16,616 nt of DNA from an uncultured archaeon (GTDB taxonomy: Archaea > EX4484-52 > JAADEF01): positions 1-16,616 of the forward strand of contig CAYOWP010000016.1 of assembly GCA_964407715.1 (NCBI GenBank). The letters are read 5' to 3'. The notes under the pieces are model-generated. The model saw only the letters and a list, made by a program, of their open reading frames with translations. It was not told the origin of the DNA and searched no databases. Below, one piece after another: positions 16,591-16,616 of this stretch; within the stretch, counting starts at the first letter, position 1; the number at the start of each line of letters is the position of its first letter. Both the position numbers and the translations under genes were made by a program.

Positions 16591-16616
16591 TTTGTTTTTC
16601 AACCTCCGCACACCAT

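Noticed and set aside
16596-16615. TTCAACCTCCGCACACCA resembling a tRNA 3' end
   Set aside because: The upstream sequence is almost pure A/T and cannot form T-arm, anticodon or acceptor stems.

Overview
AT-rich archaeal chromosome segment. Evidence for archaeal origin: the secE-spt5-rpl11-rpl1-rpl10(P0)-rpl12(P1) cluster, GGTG-type Shine-Dalgarno sites and TATA/BRE promoters. The divergent proteins would fit a DPANN-like lineage, but that is inference only. Housekeeping content: trxB, gatB, a secreted LpqC/PHB-depolymerase-like esterase, sufB-sufD-sufC, serS, a RimK-family ATP-grasp ligase and the ribosomal stalk operon. The left 4.3 kb is accessory and largely missed by the ORF track. It carries a minus-strand reading frame of more than 1,200 codons that runs off the window edge and encodes a sequon-rich surface protein (signal peptide, two LamG domains, a CBM-like insert and a GH39/clan-A-like barrel). 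Its start codon is put out of frame by a (GA)9 microsatellite; one more repeat restores the frame, so it is a candidate phase-variable contingency locus in the OFF state. Directly upstream lies a tandem array of four palindromic non-coding elements, mostly ~135 bp, with a diverged solitary copy in front of serS. Other notable signals: a 128-bp perfectly identical tail shared by rpl10 and rpl12, and a candidate circularly permuted L1-binding RNA element in the leader of secE.
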